Source: Laetmonice hystrix | Lineage: Eukaryota | Direction: 5' to 3' | NCBI GenBank assembly: GCA_965235115.1 | Contig: OZ249445.1 | Coordinates: forward strand, 13,392,001-13,456,000 | DNA: 64,000 bases | In this document: in pieces, positions 37,252 through 49,600 of the stretch | How the letters are laid out: every line of letters starts with the position of its first letter | Numbering within the stretch: position 1 is the stretch's first letter | Translations under genes and position numbers: made by a program | The notes under the pieces: generated by a model | Seen by the model: only the letters and a program-made list of their open reading frames with translations | The model's database searches: none | Told to the model about the DNA's origin: nothing

Positions 37252-37903
37252 CTAAGAGTGATTGTCCGAGTATAGATCGTTCTCTTCCAACATCAGTGAC
37301 ACAGACGCGCCCTCATTACTCCCTCCGCGCCCTTTCTCCTTGCGCCCATGACCGTGTGCCGAGGTCCGATCTTTGGGCACAGGTCTCTCTTTGGGTTTCG
37401 GCTTAGGTTTGGGTTTGGGCTTCAGCAGTTCCTCTTTTGTCTCATCTTTAGGGGCTAAATACGCGGGTTCTTTTCTCCGCGGGGGCGGCTTGCGGGAGGT
37501 TCCGCTGAGGGGCGGGGCGGTGGGCGCAAGGGGCAGGGCCTGCACCGAGGACAGAGTGTCACTTTTCTGGCCTTGCTTAGGTCCCACGGCAATGTAAGAG
37601 ACGGCGTACGGGCCAGTGGCACCCACGGGCCGGCCAGGGGCGTGGCCGTTGGCGGGAGCGGGCGTGGCTGTGGCCGGCACGGCGGCCGTGTCGTCGTAGT
37701 CGTTGACGGGAGTGTTGGAGGTAGGACGGGAGAGTGGCACCTTGACGGCGGGCGTCTCCCGGTTCTCGTTAGCGATGTTCTGGTGTCCCGGCTGGTTGTA
37801 GTTAGGTACGGCGGCCGGGGAGCTCTGTCCGGGCTCGGGAATCTCAGCGTATATGTTGTCCAGTTCGGCGTGAAGTGTCGCCTTCTCACGCTTCTCAGCT
37901 CTC
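37252..37903 (-). CDS. C-type lectin receptor, last exon (cytoplasmic tail)
   Basis: Acceptor ttttgttttctctccag, phase 2. Reads RAEKREKATLHAELDNIYAEIPE...EENDLYSDNHS* and joins the TM exon in frame. Confidence 0.85.
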
Positions 37904-38110
37904 CTGGAGAGAAAACAAAAATGTGGTGAACAATGAGATGATAAATGGCCCCTGGAGATCTCCTCTACCTCCAGAGGGGGTCCACATAAAACAGTCAAAT
38001 TGGGATACCTGATACTGAGATACAGCCTGCGCCTCCTCTAGAAGGTTTGCGTGAGGCGACATGGAAAACTTGATTACAATATATGTTCTTCTGTTGTGCT
38101 GATCAATACC

Positions 38111-38760
38111 TTAATGTAGAGCCTTGTAGCAGTATATCCTACCTATGCTCTGATATTTGATTAATGTAGAGCCTTGTAGCAGTATATCCTACCTATGCTC
38201 TGATATTATATTAATGTAGAGCCTTGTAGCAGTATATCCTACCTATGCTCTGATATTTGATTAATGTAGAGCCTTGTAGCAGTATATCCTACCTATGCTC
38301 TGATATTATATTAATGTAGAGCCTTGTAGCAGTATATCCTACCCATGCTCTGATATTTGATTAATGTAGAGCCTTGTAGCAGTATATCCTACCTATGCTC
38401 TGATATTATATTAATGTAGAGCCTTGTAGCAGTATATCCTACCTATGCTCTGATATTTGATTAATGTAGAGCCTTGTAGCAGTATATCCTACCTATGCTC
38501 TGATATTATATTAATGTAGAGCCTTGTAGCAGTATATCCTACCTATGCTCTGATATTTGATTAATGTAGAGCCTTGTAGCAGTATATCCTACCTATGCTC
38601 TGATATTTGATTAATGTAGAGCCTTGTAGCAGTATATCCTACCTATGCTCTGATATTTGATTAATGTAGAGCCTTGTAGCAGTATATCCTACCTATGCTA
38701 TGATGTTTGATTAATGTAGAGCCTTGTAGCAGTATATTCTACCTATGCTCTGATATTTAT
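38111..38760. repeat. Intronic minisatellite, 50-bp unit x13
   Basis: ttaatgtagagccttgtagcagtatatcctacctatgctctgatat(ttga/tata). Confidence 0.95.
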
Positions 38761-39402
38761 ATACAGACAGAGAGATGAATGGATGTAATATAACCCATGC
38801 ATGGTCTACTGATCGCCCTAGACCTTCAACGTTTATTAATAAAACTATTGCACGAGAACAATCGCCATGAATCTATCATTTTAAATCAGGATTACGTTAT
38901 CATTTCCCATCAGAGGCGATTCTCAGTATCTGACAGAAAGTATCCGTTATTGAAAAAGGTCAAATTTAATATTTCTGATAGTAACAGCCAAAAAATGAAT
39001 AACAGAAACGTGAAAGGTTCGATGGATGCGCTGTATATACTATTTGTTCTGTCGGCGAGCCAGTAGTTAAAAAAGTTGTGAGCGGAAGAGATGAAAAAGT
39101 TTCCATTTCCCTGCCGATGGCGATGAAGTAGGTCGAAAAGTGGCGGGGGACACATCAGGTGACTGGCGACGGGCCAGGAAACCAGTACACAACCGGCCGG
39201 GCTGAGCTGGGACTATTGGACAAGGGATGTACCTGGCAGTTTGTTATCAACAGTATACTGCAGGATTATACTAAATCACCATTCGGATCACTTGCTTATG
39301 AATGAGTTTATGTAGTACCGTATGTATGTGAGCGAGACAGCTGTTAATATATGTCAGAGCACTGTTACTGTTGGACACAAATCTTGATTCAATCGTATAA
39401 AT

Positions 39403-39581
39403 ATACACACAATCCACTAACGTTTCACATACACACAATCCACTAACGTTTCACATACACACAATCCACTAACGTTTCACATACACACAATCCACTAACG
39501 TTTCACATACACACAATCCACTAACCTTTCACATACACACAATCCACTAACCTTTCACATACACACAATCCACTAACGTTT
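39403..39581. repeat. Intronic minisatellite, 26-bp unit, about 7 copies
   Basis: atacacacaatccactaac(g/c)tttcac. Confidence 0.95.
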
Positions 39582-39772
39582 AACGAAATTCTGCTTGAAT
39601 TAAAAACATAATTCAGGCTAATTCCTCCATAAATGAAACAAAATATTTACAGTCTATTCAACAGCTGGTTTTCCAGCAGATGGAGGGTCTATCTTGCCAA
39701 CCCCTCTGTCAAGCCAATACCCCCCCCCCCCCAGGCCTTGATATAATGTGGACCCCATGGAGTCAGACTGAC

Positions 39773-39908
39773 CTTCTACTGATGATGAGCAGCGCCAGTA
39801 AGACGATGAGTACGGTGATGACGACCACCAGACCCACAATGATATCAATCAGCAGACCTGTAACCGTGTTCACCGAGATGCCATCAGAATTATACACACC
39901 ACGTGCCA
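39773..39908 (-). CDS. C-type lectin receptor, transmembrane exon
   Basis: ttattgtag| (V)ARGVYNSDGISVNTVTGLLIDIIVGLVVVITVLIVLLALLIISRR |gtcagt. 136 nt, phase 1 to 2; a hydrophobic helix followed by a basic stop-transfer RRR. Confidence 0.88.
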
Positions 39909-40483
39909 CTACAATAAGTCTCTGAAGGAATAATGGATAGAATAACCGGAAAGGAAGACAAGAAGAGGAGGTTCAAAAGTCAGTTGTACCGTGATTGTGG
40001 CCTCCTTTGTTTTTACCCGCAGCGCCCTCATACGAGCTGTTGGCGGTGGCGGGAACTAACCATCCGGGTTCTGCTCCATCAGGGTTCTCCCCGGCTGGCA
40101 GCCGCGTCTCTAGGTTCTCTGTTCGACCGACATCACGATCATGGCATTAAACTTTTCAACAACACTTGGAACACACTTTAATAGAAATCCTTAGGTCTGA
40201 ATTTTAACAATCATTATGTTTAGGAAACACTTTTATATGACAATGAAGAATGGGTAAGCCCAAATGATTTTCCCTATTCATTTTTTAGGGCAGAGAGCTT
40301 CTATTTCTTGCCCTATTACTGTAAAACAGGTGATAAGGTTCTCGGCAATATGGTTCATGGCAACAGCATGGCAAGACGGATGAAGGCTTAATATATTATT
40401 ATATTAATAATGAGTAAAATTCATAAAGGGCAACACAATTTCATCTGTTCAGCCGACCGACAGTCAAGAATTTACACACTTAC

Positions 40484-40621
40484 CATATTCACAGATAAAG
40501 GGTCGTTTATTATGGCAGTAGTCGTTGATCCAATAGCCGCGATTGTTAATGGTCAGACAGGCCCGGTCCGTACAGAATGGGGTGACTCCCTCAAAATGTC
40601 TGTATGCCGCTATGTTGAGCC
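40484..40621 (-). CDS. C-type lectin receptor, CTLD2 C-terminal exon
   Basis: tcgtacag| (G)LNIAAYRHFEGVTPFCTDRACLTINNRGYWINDYCHNKRPFICEY |gtaagt. 138 nt, phase 1-1; has the C..WxD.C....FICE signature. Confidence 0.9.
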
Positions 40622-40776
40622 CTGTACGACAGTTATACCTCCTTAGATAACGCCACAGGGAAGGCGTAAAGGTGAGGAATGTGTCATCCAAGCCACAAAT
40701 AATCAAACTTAAGGCCCACGTTTATGTTAACCAAAATGGTTCGCACAATGTTATGATAACGACATGGCATACTCAC

Positions 40777-40968
40777 CAAGTTCTTCCCATATCCAGCCCT
40801 GTTTACAGACGCCGATCCAGTACTCTCCACTGCCGTACTGACTATAAAGTCGTCTGCCCACCTCCACCATGTTTTTGTCCGTCAGTAGGGGGAGCCACAT
40901 GGATCTCTCGGCGCAGTCTATGTTGGCTTGTTGCCAATTTTGCTCTGTCCATCCCATGCGCACATCAC
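40777..40968 (-). CDS. C-type lectin receptor, CTLD2 N-terminal exon
   Basis: tttattag| (G)DVRMGWTEQNWQQANIDCAERSMWLPLL...YWIGVCKQGWIWEEL |gtgagt. 192 nt, phase 1-1; has the W..A...C and WIG motifs. Acceptor position is less certain. Confidence 0.85.
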
Positions 40969-43746
40969 CTAATAAACGGAAGTTCTGATAAAAACCATTC
41001 CTTTTCCCACAGGATTTGATGCCGTTGGTCATAACCCGCTTTCAATGTGCCTTATTTATGTTTAAAGCGGCGTAAGACCACAGGTGTAAGCCTATTCATA
41101 TACATGTAGTAATATTGTGAATGGGGAACCCGTATCAGCAAGTAGGCCTAAAGGTCCCTGTCCACTGAGCTTGCAGCCGTGCGATTCCCCTTGCGACGGT
41201 CATGCGATTTTTGATTTAATTAATGGTGGAATTTCACTCTGAAATCTCTCCTGGCTGGCCTTCTCCGTTTCAGGAAATGGGTTCCATCCTTTAATCTCAA
41301 ATTTATAGTAAAATAAAAGGGTGATATCAAAATCGCATGGGCGTCGCAAGGGCGTGAGATTTCTGAGGCATCTCCTCAATAAAGCACAGAAAGGGGACAT
41401 GCTTCGTACTTTCAGGGAATACCAATGTGGAAACTTTGAACATAACAGCTCGGTATAGGCTACTTGTAACGCGCAGTATGATGATGCGGTCGTATCGTAG
41501 ACTATAGGGAATCTGTAAAGTCTCTTTCAACACGAAAATGTACGGATTCTCCTCGAGGGAGGATCTTGCAGTTCTCCATCAAAACGGTGACAATATTAAG
41601 ACTAGTTCTCCCTGAATCAGTGGCCTCATGAAACAAGAATACTCGTCCTGCGAATCATCCGGTCATTTCTCGTTTCAAAGTAATTGGACATGAGCAACAC
41701 GTATAATATCTGGCAGCACAGAGCCCTGGCCTGACGGGCTGAAGACGTATGGTGATGACGCTGCGCCCTGTGTGAAGTTATCGCGCCATGATGACACCCC
41801 CACAGTCGTTCATAGCGGGAAACCAAACCAAAACAAACGTAGGTCGGTCGATGTGAATTCGTGACTACCCTAGCCATACAGCAGGCAATCTGAAAGGACC
41901 GATCGAGGGCCGAGCTCTGCTCGCCTCGCCCGGCGGGTGGGGCCAGTTTAGAAACATCAAGTAGTCACTTGGCGAGACCTCCCACGGGTTAATTTCAAGG
42001 AGAAACCAAAGCAGCGAACAGTTGTGTAACCCAGTGTGTGGATGTGGAGGCGGCCACACATGTGGAGAGGAAGCATCTGCCAGGTTACCTGTACAGCTGC
42101 TGGGAGCGAGCAAACCCTTGCTGGCCGGCCACAGTCGGCAGCGGGCCTGGATGGAGAACGGAGGCTAACTCGTTCTGCCGTCTAGTAGTGTATGAATCAT
42201 GTTTAAAATCTTATCTTGGCCGGGCAAATATTAAGTTACATCTGACCGATAGCACCGTCTGCTCCGGACTAAAAACGTATTCATCACACCGTCAGTTGTC
42301 ATTAAAACTTCCTAAACTGCACAGTGTATGTGGCATTTTAGAATTATGCGTGGTGGGTCCACTTTCAGGCGTCTGGTGTTTGTTGCTATTTTTGAACATG
42401 ACATATGTAGGGGTTATAGGGATTTCGAATTCCAGCCGCAACTCTCTTTCCCCTGAGAATACACTTTTGGGGCATCGTAAAAATTATACTTTACATTTCA
42501 GTGAAAGCTACAGGTTTCACTTTTTTGAGTTGCAGGTTCAAGTCAGTAAGCCCACCTTATCCTGCTAGATCCGTAACGTGCTGACATTGCAGCTTTGGTT
42601 CACAACAGAAACTGTGAGAAAAAAGTGGTCAGCAGAATGAGGTGTATATATTTCTACTAAAAACAAACATGAAGAGGCGAAAGGGCAGTTTTCAACGTTA
42701 GCTCCTGTATAGAAAGGCGGAGGAGGACGGGCACAGCTGATCACAATCGTTCTGCCCCCTTCCCCTCTCCCCAGTGTGGCCCACGCTATAATCCAGCATT
42801 AGACGTGCCGCCTCGAGCCTCTGACCCAGTCGTATTGTCTTACCGTGCCTCCACTAACGTGGCCCGCTCCGCCAACACTAAGGTTTCCCCACACCAAACT
42901 CGTTTACGGATATTTTTACCGTTCCGTAAACAAACACCCTCTACAACTCCCACATCTGACACGCTTTCGGAAAAATGTGTTCCGCAGAAACTCGGGAGCA
43001 GCCCCCGTCTTCCCGCCGCCCCTGGTCCCAGAGGATTCTCATCAGGGGTATTTGTGTAATGACGATCACGCAGACGCTGGCATTGCCGTACGGATCTCTA
43101 TGGACGCCGATAGTGACATGTGGGACCTATCTCAGTGAAGGGGTGGGGTTCTGACCCCTGGGGGTCACAACATCGACCCTGTTATCTTACCAAACGCACC
43201 ATGTGAATCCCTCCTTACCAACCCACTTGCCGATAAGGCACGCAATGGCCAAGATACGAGTTTTAATAAGGCACCTGATTCAGTTCTGAGGGAGGATGAC
43301 TCTCAGCCGAATTCCAGCTGTTAACCTAATCTTAACTCCTCCCTGAATGGGGAGGATGGGAAGGCGTGGTGTTCGGCTCGGGGATCTAACGTCTAATATA
43401 TGGCGCTCACCACTGTTTTGATTTGAGTTTCGTTCCACAGCTAACCGTTTCATACCGCCATATAATTACGCACGCAATCATCTGTCTGTGCTCTTTTTTT
43501 GGTTTATATTTTGCAGGCCTTCTATAGAACAGGCCCCCTATCGTGAGAGCGATAGTGGTACCAAATGCTAGACAAAATAATACAAGGCGAACACATGTAA
43601 AGGCAGACAAACACTACGTTTTCATTATATTCTATCCTCCTGTCCCAAAAAGTTCACACGCCCTGCGCAGGGTAAAGGGATTATCTATTTTAAACCACAA
43701 CTGTTTCCAATACTACACGACATGAATGTCTAGGATCAGGGCGTAC

Positions 43747-43872
43747 CTGCTCTGCTGTCACAAAGATATTCCTTTTTCTTGTCGCAGTTGTCCGCCGCGA
43801 CGAGCGGCATCGCGTCGTTGGTGAACAAATAGGCGCAGCGCGATGACGTGTCGTGTGGCATCTCAACGGCTC
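43747..43872 (-). CDS. C-type lectin receptor, CTLD1 C-terminal exon
   Basis: ttgtttgcag| (G)AVEMPHDTSSRCAYLFTNDAMPLVAADNCDKKKEYLCDSRA |gtacgc. 126 nt, phase 1-1. Not present in the supplied ORF track. Confidence 0.85.
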
Positions 43873-44252
43873 CTGCAAACAATTCAAGGTGTTCACATGA
43901 TCACAGGGGACAGACATGTTTCAGGCACGTGCGCATAGTGGGCAGGATTTACGGGAGTGACTGAGGGAAGCGCGCGCACCAGAACACGCGTGTGCTGTAG
44001 ACAACCTTCTAAACATTCCTTTCATGGCGGGCACTGTATTCGTATTCGAAATTTGTAACAGTTTTAACAGCTGCATCTGTTCTCTTTATAAAATCATTAC
44101 ACCAACATGCAGTATTCAATACGCTGCCTTTTTTATTGGCATGTATTTCCAAGTATATAAGCTGATTTAAGGTTCTGATATTGTGAGAAAGAACACCGAT
44201 TTATCGTGTCACTCTGCTGGGGGTATACGTATAGCCGGCTGGATCCCCTCAC

Positions 44253-44519
44253 CTGGATACACGGCTCCGTTAAGATAGGTCCAGGTGGAGCCACGGTCTC
44301 GGCCGCCGATCCAGGCCGAGTTGTGCAGGGGTTGGCCCTGGATAACTCGATTCATGACGATCTGTGTGGCTTGGTCCGGGATGACGACCAGCCGCCCCCC
44401 GGAGTTCTCAGTCCGGCACACCCGCCGGGCGTCCACCCAGGTCAGAGGAACGCGGTGCAGACGGTAACATCGGTCGTTGGCACAGCCAAGGGATACTGGA
44501 GCCTCCGAGCAGCCCGCAT
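44253..44519 (-). CDS. C-type lectin receptor, CTLD1 N-terminal exon
   Basis: cctgttgtag| AGCSEAPVSLGCANDRCYRLHRVPLTWVDARRVCRTENSGGRLVVI...AWIGGRDRGSTWTYLNGAVYP |gtgagg. 267 nt, phase 1-1; long-form CTLD cysteines. Confidence 0.92.
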
Positions 44520-46513
44520 CTACAACAGGAACGGGAGGCACTTTTAATGAGGCATGGTGAGGAAGCTGGTGTTAACTTCCTAATACCAAAACTAACCCCT
44601 ATTCAAAGACTAGAGTCACATTATACCTCTCCTCAATACTTAGCCATATCCCGGGCCCTGCCCACAACGTCCCTCTACCCGCGATTTCAAGGGAATGTTA
44701 CCACTAGGGGGAGAACCGTTGGGACTTACTGCCATATGGCACATAGCGGCCAGGTCCGACCTCCCAGTAGGACCATCAAGGTTAATTGGCGCATCCCCTC
44801 ACCACCAACCCCGCCATATTGTCTGCAGACAGCAGACCATCTGGACGCCTTGGATCCTCATCCAAGGTTATCAGGATGTATAGCCGTTATCAGTGCTGAC
44901 ATCAATGTCACAGGAAATACTTTTACTCAATATGACAGAAAAAAGGGAACAAGAGAAAGTGGGCAGGAAAAGAACACCAATCGACTGGAAAAGGAGAAAC
45001 GCAAAGGAACAATTATAAGTAAGAAAGGAAGCAAAACCGGGTGCAGGTATCGTTTCATTCAACAGAAAGAGAGAAAGGAGTGGAGGCAGGGTAATGCAAT
45101 CATGTAGTGAGTAAAACCGGGAGGGGAGAATGCTTCCCCATCTGGGGTTCATCTTCATGGTTAAAAGATGTCAGAGAAACAGGAAGTGTCCCATAATAGG
45201 GTCAAATTTGTGCGGAAATACAATCTAGTAGCTCGCCAGGGAGTGGTGGGGGATGCTGCTGGATGTCTTAGTTCGGAATGGGAATAACCTCACTGAATTC
45301 ATGAGAAGGGTAACGTAAACCACAAGTAAATATGATACACGTGTGTGTGTGTTCTCAGCATGGTCGTCTGTGTTCCCGCCTCAGTCAAACAATGGACGAG
45401 AGGGCCTTAATTTATTGTAGTCCTGTTTGTGTAACGTCAATTCCTATGCTGCACTGCACCACTGCCAAGGGCTCCAATACTCACACTGATATGATCACCT
45501 ATAATTGTAATCAATTTATTTCTTATACTAGTTATATAGTGCTGGGTAATAGAGCTTACATGCAGTAGACTGTCGTATACATGTCGATATTATCTGGGAC
45601 TGGACTGGTCAGCGCATCCCCTCCGACCTTAGATATAATATCTACTGTCTGGGCTCTCAGATAGAACCAGGAGATTTATCGGCATAACATGGTTTCCACA
45701 TTTCGATCATGCCTCCGCTAACATCGCTGTCCGTAATTTAACGGACTTATAACAGAATAAAGATCCTGGCGGACTACTGGGAGTGTGACGTGTCATATAT
45801 TATACCAGCTGTCCGTTTGAATGACGTTTGTTAGGATTCACAGATAAGACTGGTGCGATGAAGACTGAAGTCACTGCTGCCTATACCATCCATCGTCAGG
45901 CAAAGATCAATTTGACGTTACATATGACGGTAACACTAAAACAGGATATGTAATACCACAGAGACATTTTATACTCCTTCCTCTCCATCGGTGAATAGCG
46001 AGAGGTGCGGTAACAACGCTAAAATGGCACGCTCTCTGGAAACGGAACCTTTGGGAAAAGACAACCTATGATATCTCTTCTGTAAAATAAAAAAAAAATA
46101 AGACTTCCAATTTGAAATCGAGTAATCAGATTAAAGCTATGCCAATAAGAGTGCCTGTGATGCGGCGTGAGGGACCAGTTATTTCCTCTCGGGACTGTGA
46201 TCTAGATCGACTAGTCATGAGGACTGTTATATTTGATCATGCACGGATTTCATTTTTATCGCCCTTTTTTTCTGGATGGTACGTGTACGGAAGCGTGTTT
46301 GTGAGCTGGCAGTGAGCTGATATGATATAAAATAACAAGGGGCCGTGTGTAGTTGGATCACATTAACTCGGTCGGTATATAATACATGCAGGGGCTCTGT
46401 CTCACCACGAATCAGGAAGGACAGTGGACACTCGGAACACGGCGTGGAGTCCAATCATTTCACACCAGGGACAAATATGTGCAACAATAGTCGTAGTGAA
46501 TTCAGTCCTTTTA

Positions 46514-46627
46514 ACAATTACATAATGGTATAGGGCACATAAAATTAATTTGACGGCTGGTCACGATGTACAATTACATAATGGTATAGGGCACATAAAA
46601 TTAATTTGACGGCTGTTCACGATGTAC
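46514..46627. repeat. 56-bp tandem duplication
   Basis: acaattacataatggtatagggcacataaaattaatttgacggctg(g/t)tcacgatgt x2. Confidence 0.9.
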
Positions 46628-49600
46628 CGTTTCCTCTTTACGGAGATTATACCTCATTTCTATTCTCTTATTATGACAATGAATATCAAGAAAGGAATAA
46701 TAAAAAGCTTACAGGGATGTCACTAAGGTTGACATGTCCCCAAGGTTGACATAACCCAGGCCATCTGTGGCCAAGATGAGCGACCACCGTATACGGGTAC
46801 CCACACTGGGCTGTTGTCACAGAACATCTGCTGGTCCGGCAGTCAGGTTGGACTCGGCCTATACATTCACGTGCCGATTTACCGACTCTCCCATACACGG
46901 ACGTATAAAATGGCCTATCTGTAGGCCCCCTTTCGTGCGGTTAAAACACCTATAAAACCGTGCACATAGGAGCAGTAAACGTAAAGGCTGTAAGAGATCC
47001 AACCTCTGTATATAGGATTTGTTCTGTTTATCAATATTGAAATTAATTATCATCGTGTTTTCCCCTGCACAAACAATGTTTGCTCGTGAATTGGGGGTTT
47101 AATGCGGTCTGAAATGGTCGGGTCGGCATTTAGGTGTTTAGCCTACAAGGAGTGGCTAGGAGATTTTCCAGGAAGGAAGGAGTGGGGAGTACATATACCC
47201 CGGCCTATATTCTGACTGTCCAAGGGGGTGAGTGCTCACAACCTCTTTAACAGGTAATACCATAACTGATGAGTGTTATCTTCACTGTATCCGTTATAAC
47301 ATGTAGTTCAAAAGTATTATAGAAACATTTACGTATAGCCACATAAATTGGACCAGTTTGACAGCGCCGGGCCATCTGGCAAGGATTAGAGGAGGCGATG
47401 TGCCAGAAAGCGCGCATGTCGGTAAAAAAGTAAACGTTGTACGGGCTGCACAAGAAATAAGATGTCTACCATGCACTGGCCATAGAACTCCCAGCAACAC
47501 GTCAGAACGGGTGGTAAAGTACAGTTATACGTGGTGCTACACGTGCTGGTAGACTGATGGTAAACGCAGACTTTTAATCCCTCTAGTATAGGCCTAGAAA
47601 AACAAAGACAAAATCTCTAATAGTAATTGAAGGCCCATATAAATCTATATAGGGTTCCCTAAGTATAAGTATGCCTCAGACCACAGACCAGTGTAAGTTT
47701 GATACTTGGTTGGGGCTATTCTATAGTGCATGCCGTCTGATAGATAGCTACACGTGCCTGCGGCTAGCCTTCACTCCCCATGATGCTGAGGTACTCCTCC
47801 ATGTACAGCAGCGCTCACAGGGCAGGCAAGAAAATTAATACTTCGCCTGGCACGTGGTCGTTTTGTCGAGGTTTGCCCTCTCATGGCGGCCACTGTATAT
47901 TCATGGTATATTTATGAGTAGATTTGTACTCGTGATGCTCCCTGCACACATCACAATGTCCCCGAGAACGAGGTCAACTACGTACATCAATAAAACAAAA
48001 TAGTAATTAGCGTCCTTATACTCTGCAAGTCTGTTTTACTGTGTGCAGCCACGAGGGTCGGATTGTGATCGACCCAAGCGAAACATAAGTGGAGTTATCC
48101 ACATTAGATCTACAGTGATGAAGGAATCTTCATGGTTCCAAACAAGCGTTATTTAATAGGCCCGCAGATACCTTACTCAATCGTTATATCAGACTAGATC
48201 ATATACTGTATGTATATAATCATAAAACACTGTTCCATAGGTTAGTGACCTTAATATCAGAGGGCGATTTAAACTTCCTTGTTACAGTTTCGTTGGCCTG
48301 AAAAGCCTACCTTTCTTCGACCATGCAATTTATATGGCAAAAAAAGGAGACTCCTCGGGTCAGGCTGCATTCGGTTTTATGCTCAGCCCTAACTACTATA
48401 GTATTCTACATACATTATATTCTCGACCAGCACGTTGTAAACTCAGCAACGCGGGACGGAGCCATACTCGTAAATCATAGAAACTCCGAGGTGAGCTCAT
48501 TACTGGCGTTCTAAACCAGACACGTGACCATGACTGACCCCACGTGAACCCCTCGGAATATAACCAGCTGTGATCGGGTTAACAGCTTCCAACAGCAAAA
48601 ATCTGGTTGGGTCGCCAAAATGATATTAAGGTCTCTTATACGTTTATACCCAATGTGCATTTTCATTTTAGATTTCCGTGTATATTGGCCTCTACATCGT
48701 GTATACGAATAAACTATGTGGGAGCTGGGTGAAGTGGAAGCCCTCAGCCTCAGTCAGTGGGACGTGCCGCTGCATGCCATGACGGGTCTACGGATCCCCG
48801 TGCCCGGTGCCGGGGGTGGAGGGGGTGGGGTGGGTGGAGGGTCCGGGTAGATTCCATCGCCCATCCACGGATCATCACCATCACCACCGCCACCACTACC
48901 ACCACCACCACCACCGCCAGCACCACTTCCCGGCCGTCATACATCTATAGCCAACGGCGACTTCCGAGCCGGCCAACTGTAACTAAAACCGACGAGTACA
49001 TGAGGAGGTAAATTCTAAACGCCACCCGCCCGTCATGTCGGCTGTCACGGCTGTTAGACGAGGCCAGCCGTCCGCCGCAATGATGACGTCTACATACTGC
49101 GGGCCTGGGCGGGCGCCCCACTACCGTATTCACCTGTAGGGGAACACCGTATATACCATCCCCGAAATGGGTACCATTATTGGAGGAAGAAATATCGTCC
49201 AAGGCAAGGAAAGAAGCAATGGAAAGAAAAAAGGAAAAGAAAGAAAGAAAGAAAACACTTCCTGATCTGGGCTTGGCTATCACATACTCCACTGCTGAAC
49301 AATGTCCTTGGTTAGCTTGAGTACCTCGTTATATAAAAAGACTTCGGAATGGTATACTGAATTGACCTCCACACGGATAACAAAGATACATTCGTATAAT
49401 CCTATCTTAGACCTAAAAACGACTTATCCCTGGCCTATCAGTATCACTGTCCCATTGTATTGCAGCTTCAATAGTCTAGGCTTAGAACGTCTATGGGCCA
49501 CCATGCCCCCCCCCCCCCCGACATGGGACTCACATGACGAGACCGTCATGCCATCCGACCGATTGGAAATAATCGCCTGTGGTTGTTCCCTGCCGCCTAC

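Noticed and set aside
41626-43140. Extra receptor exons between CTLD1 and CTLD2
   Set aside because: The candidate AG/GT pairs examined gave incompatible phases or stops. They cannot be excluded without RNA data.
44547-45158. 186-aa plus and 95-aa minus ORFs
   Set aside because: Driven by a purine-rich low-complexity tract inside the receptor intron; no domain similarity.
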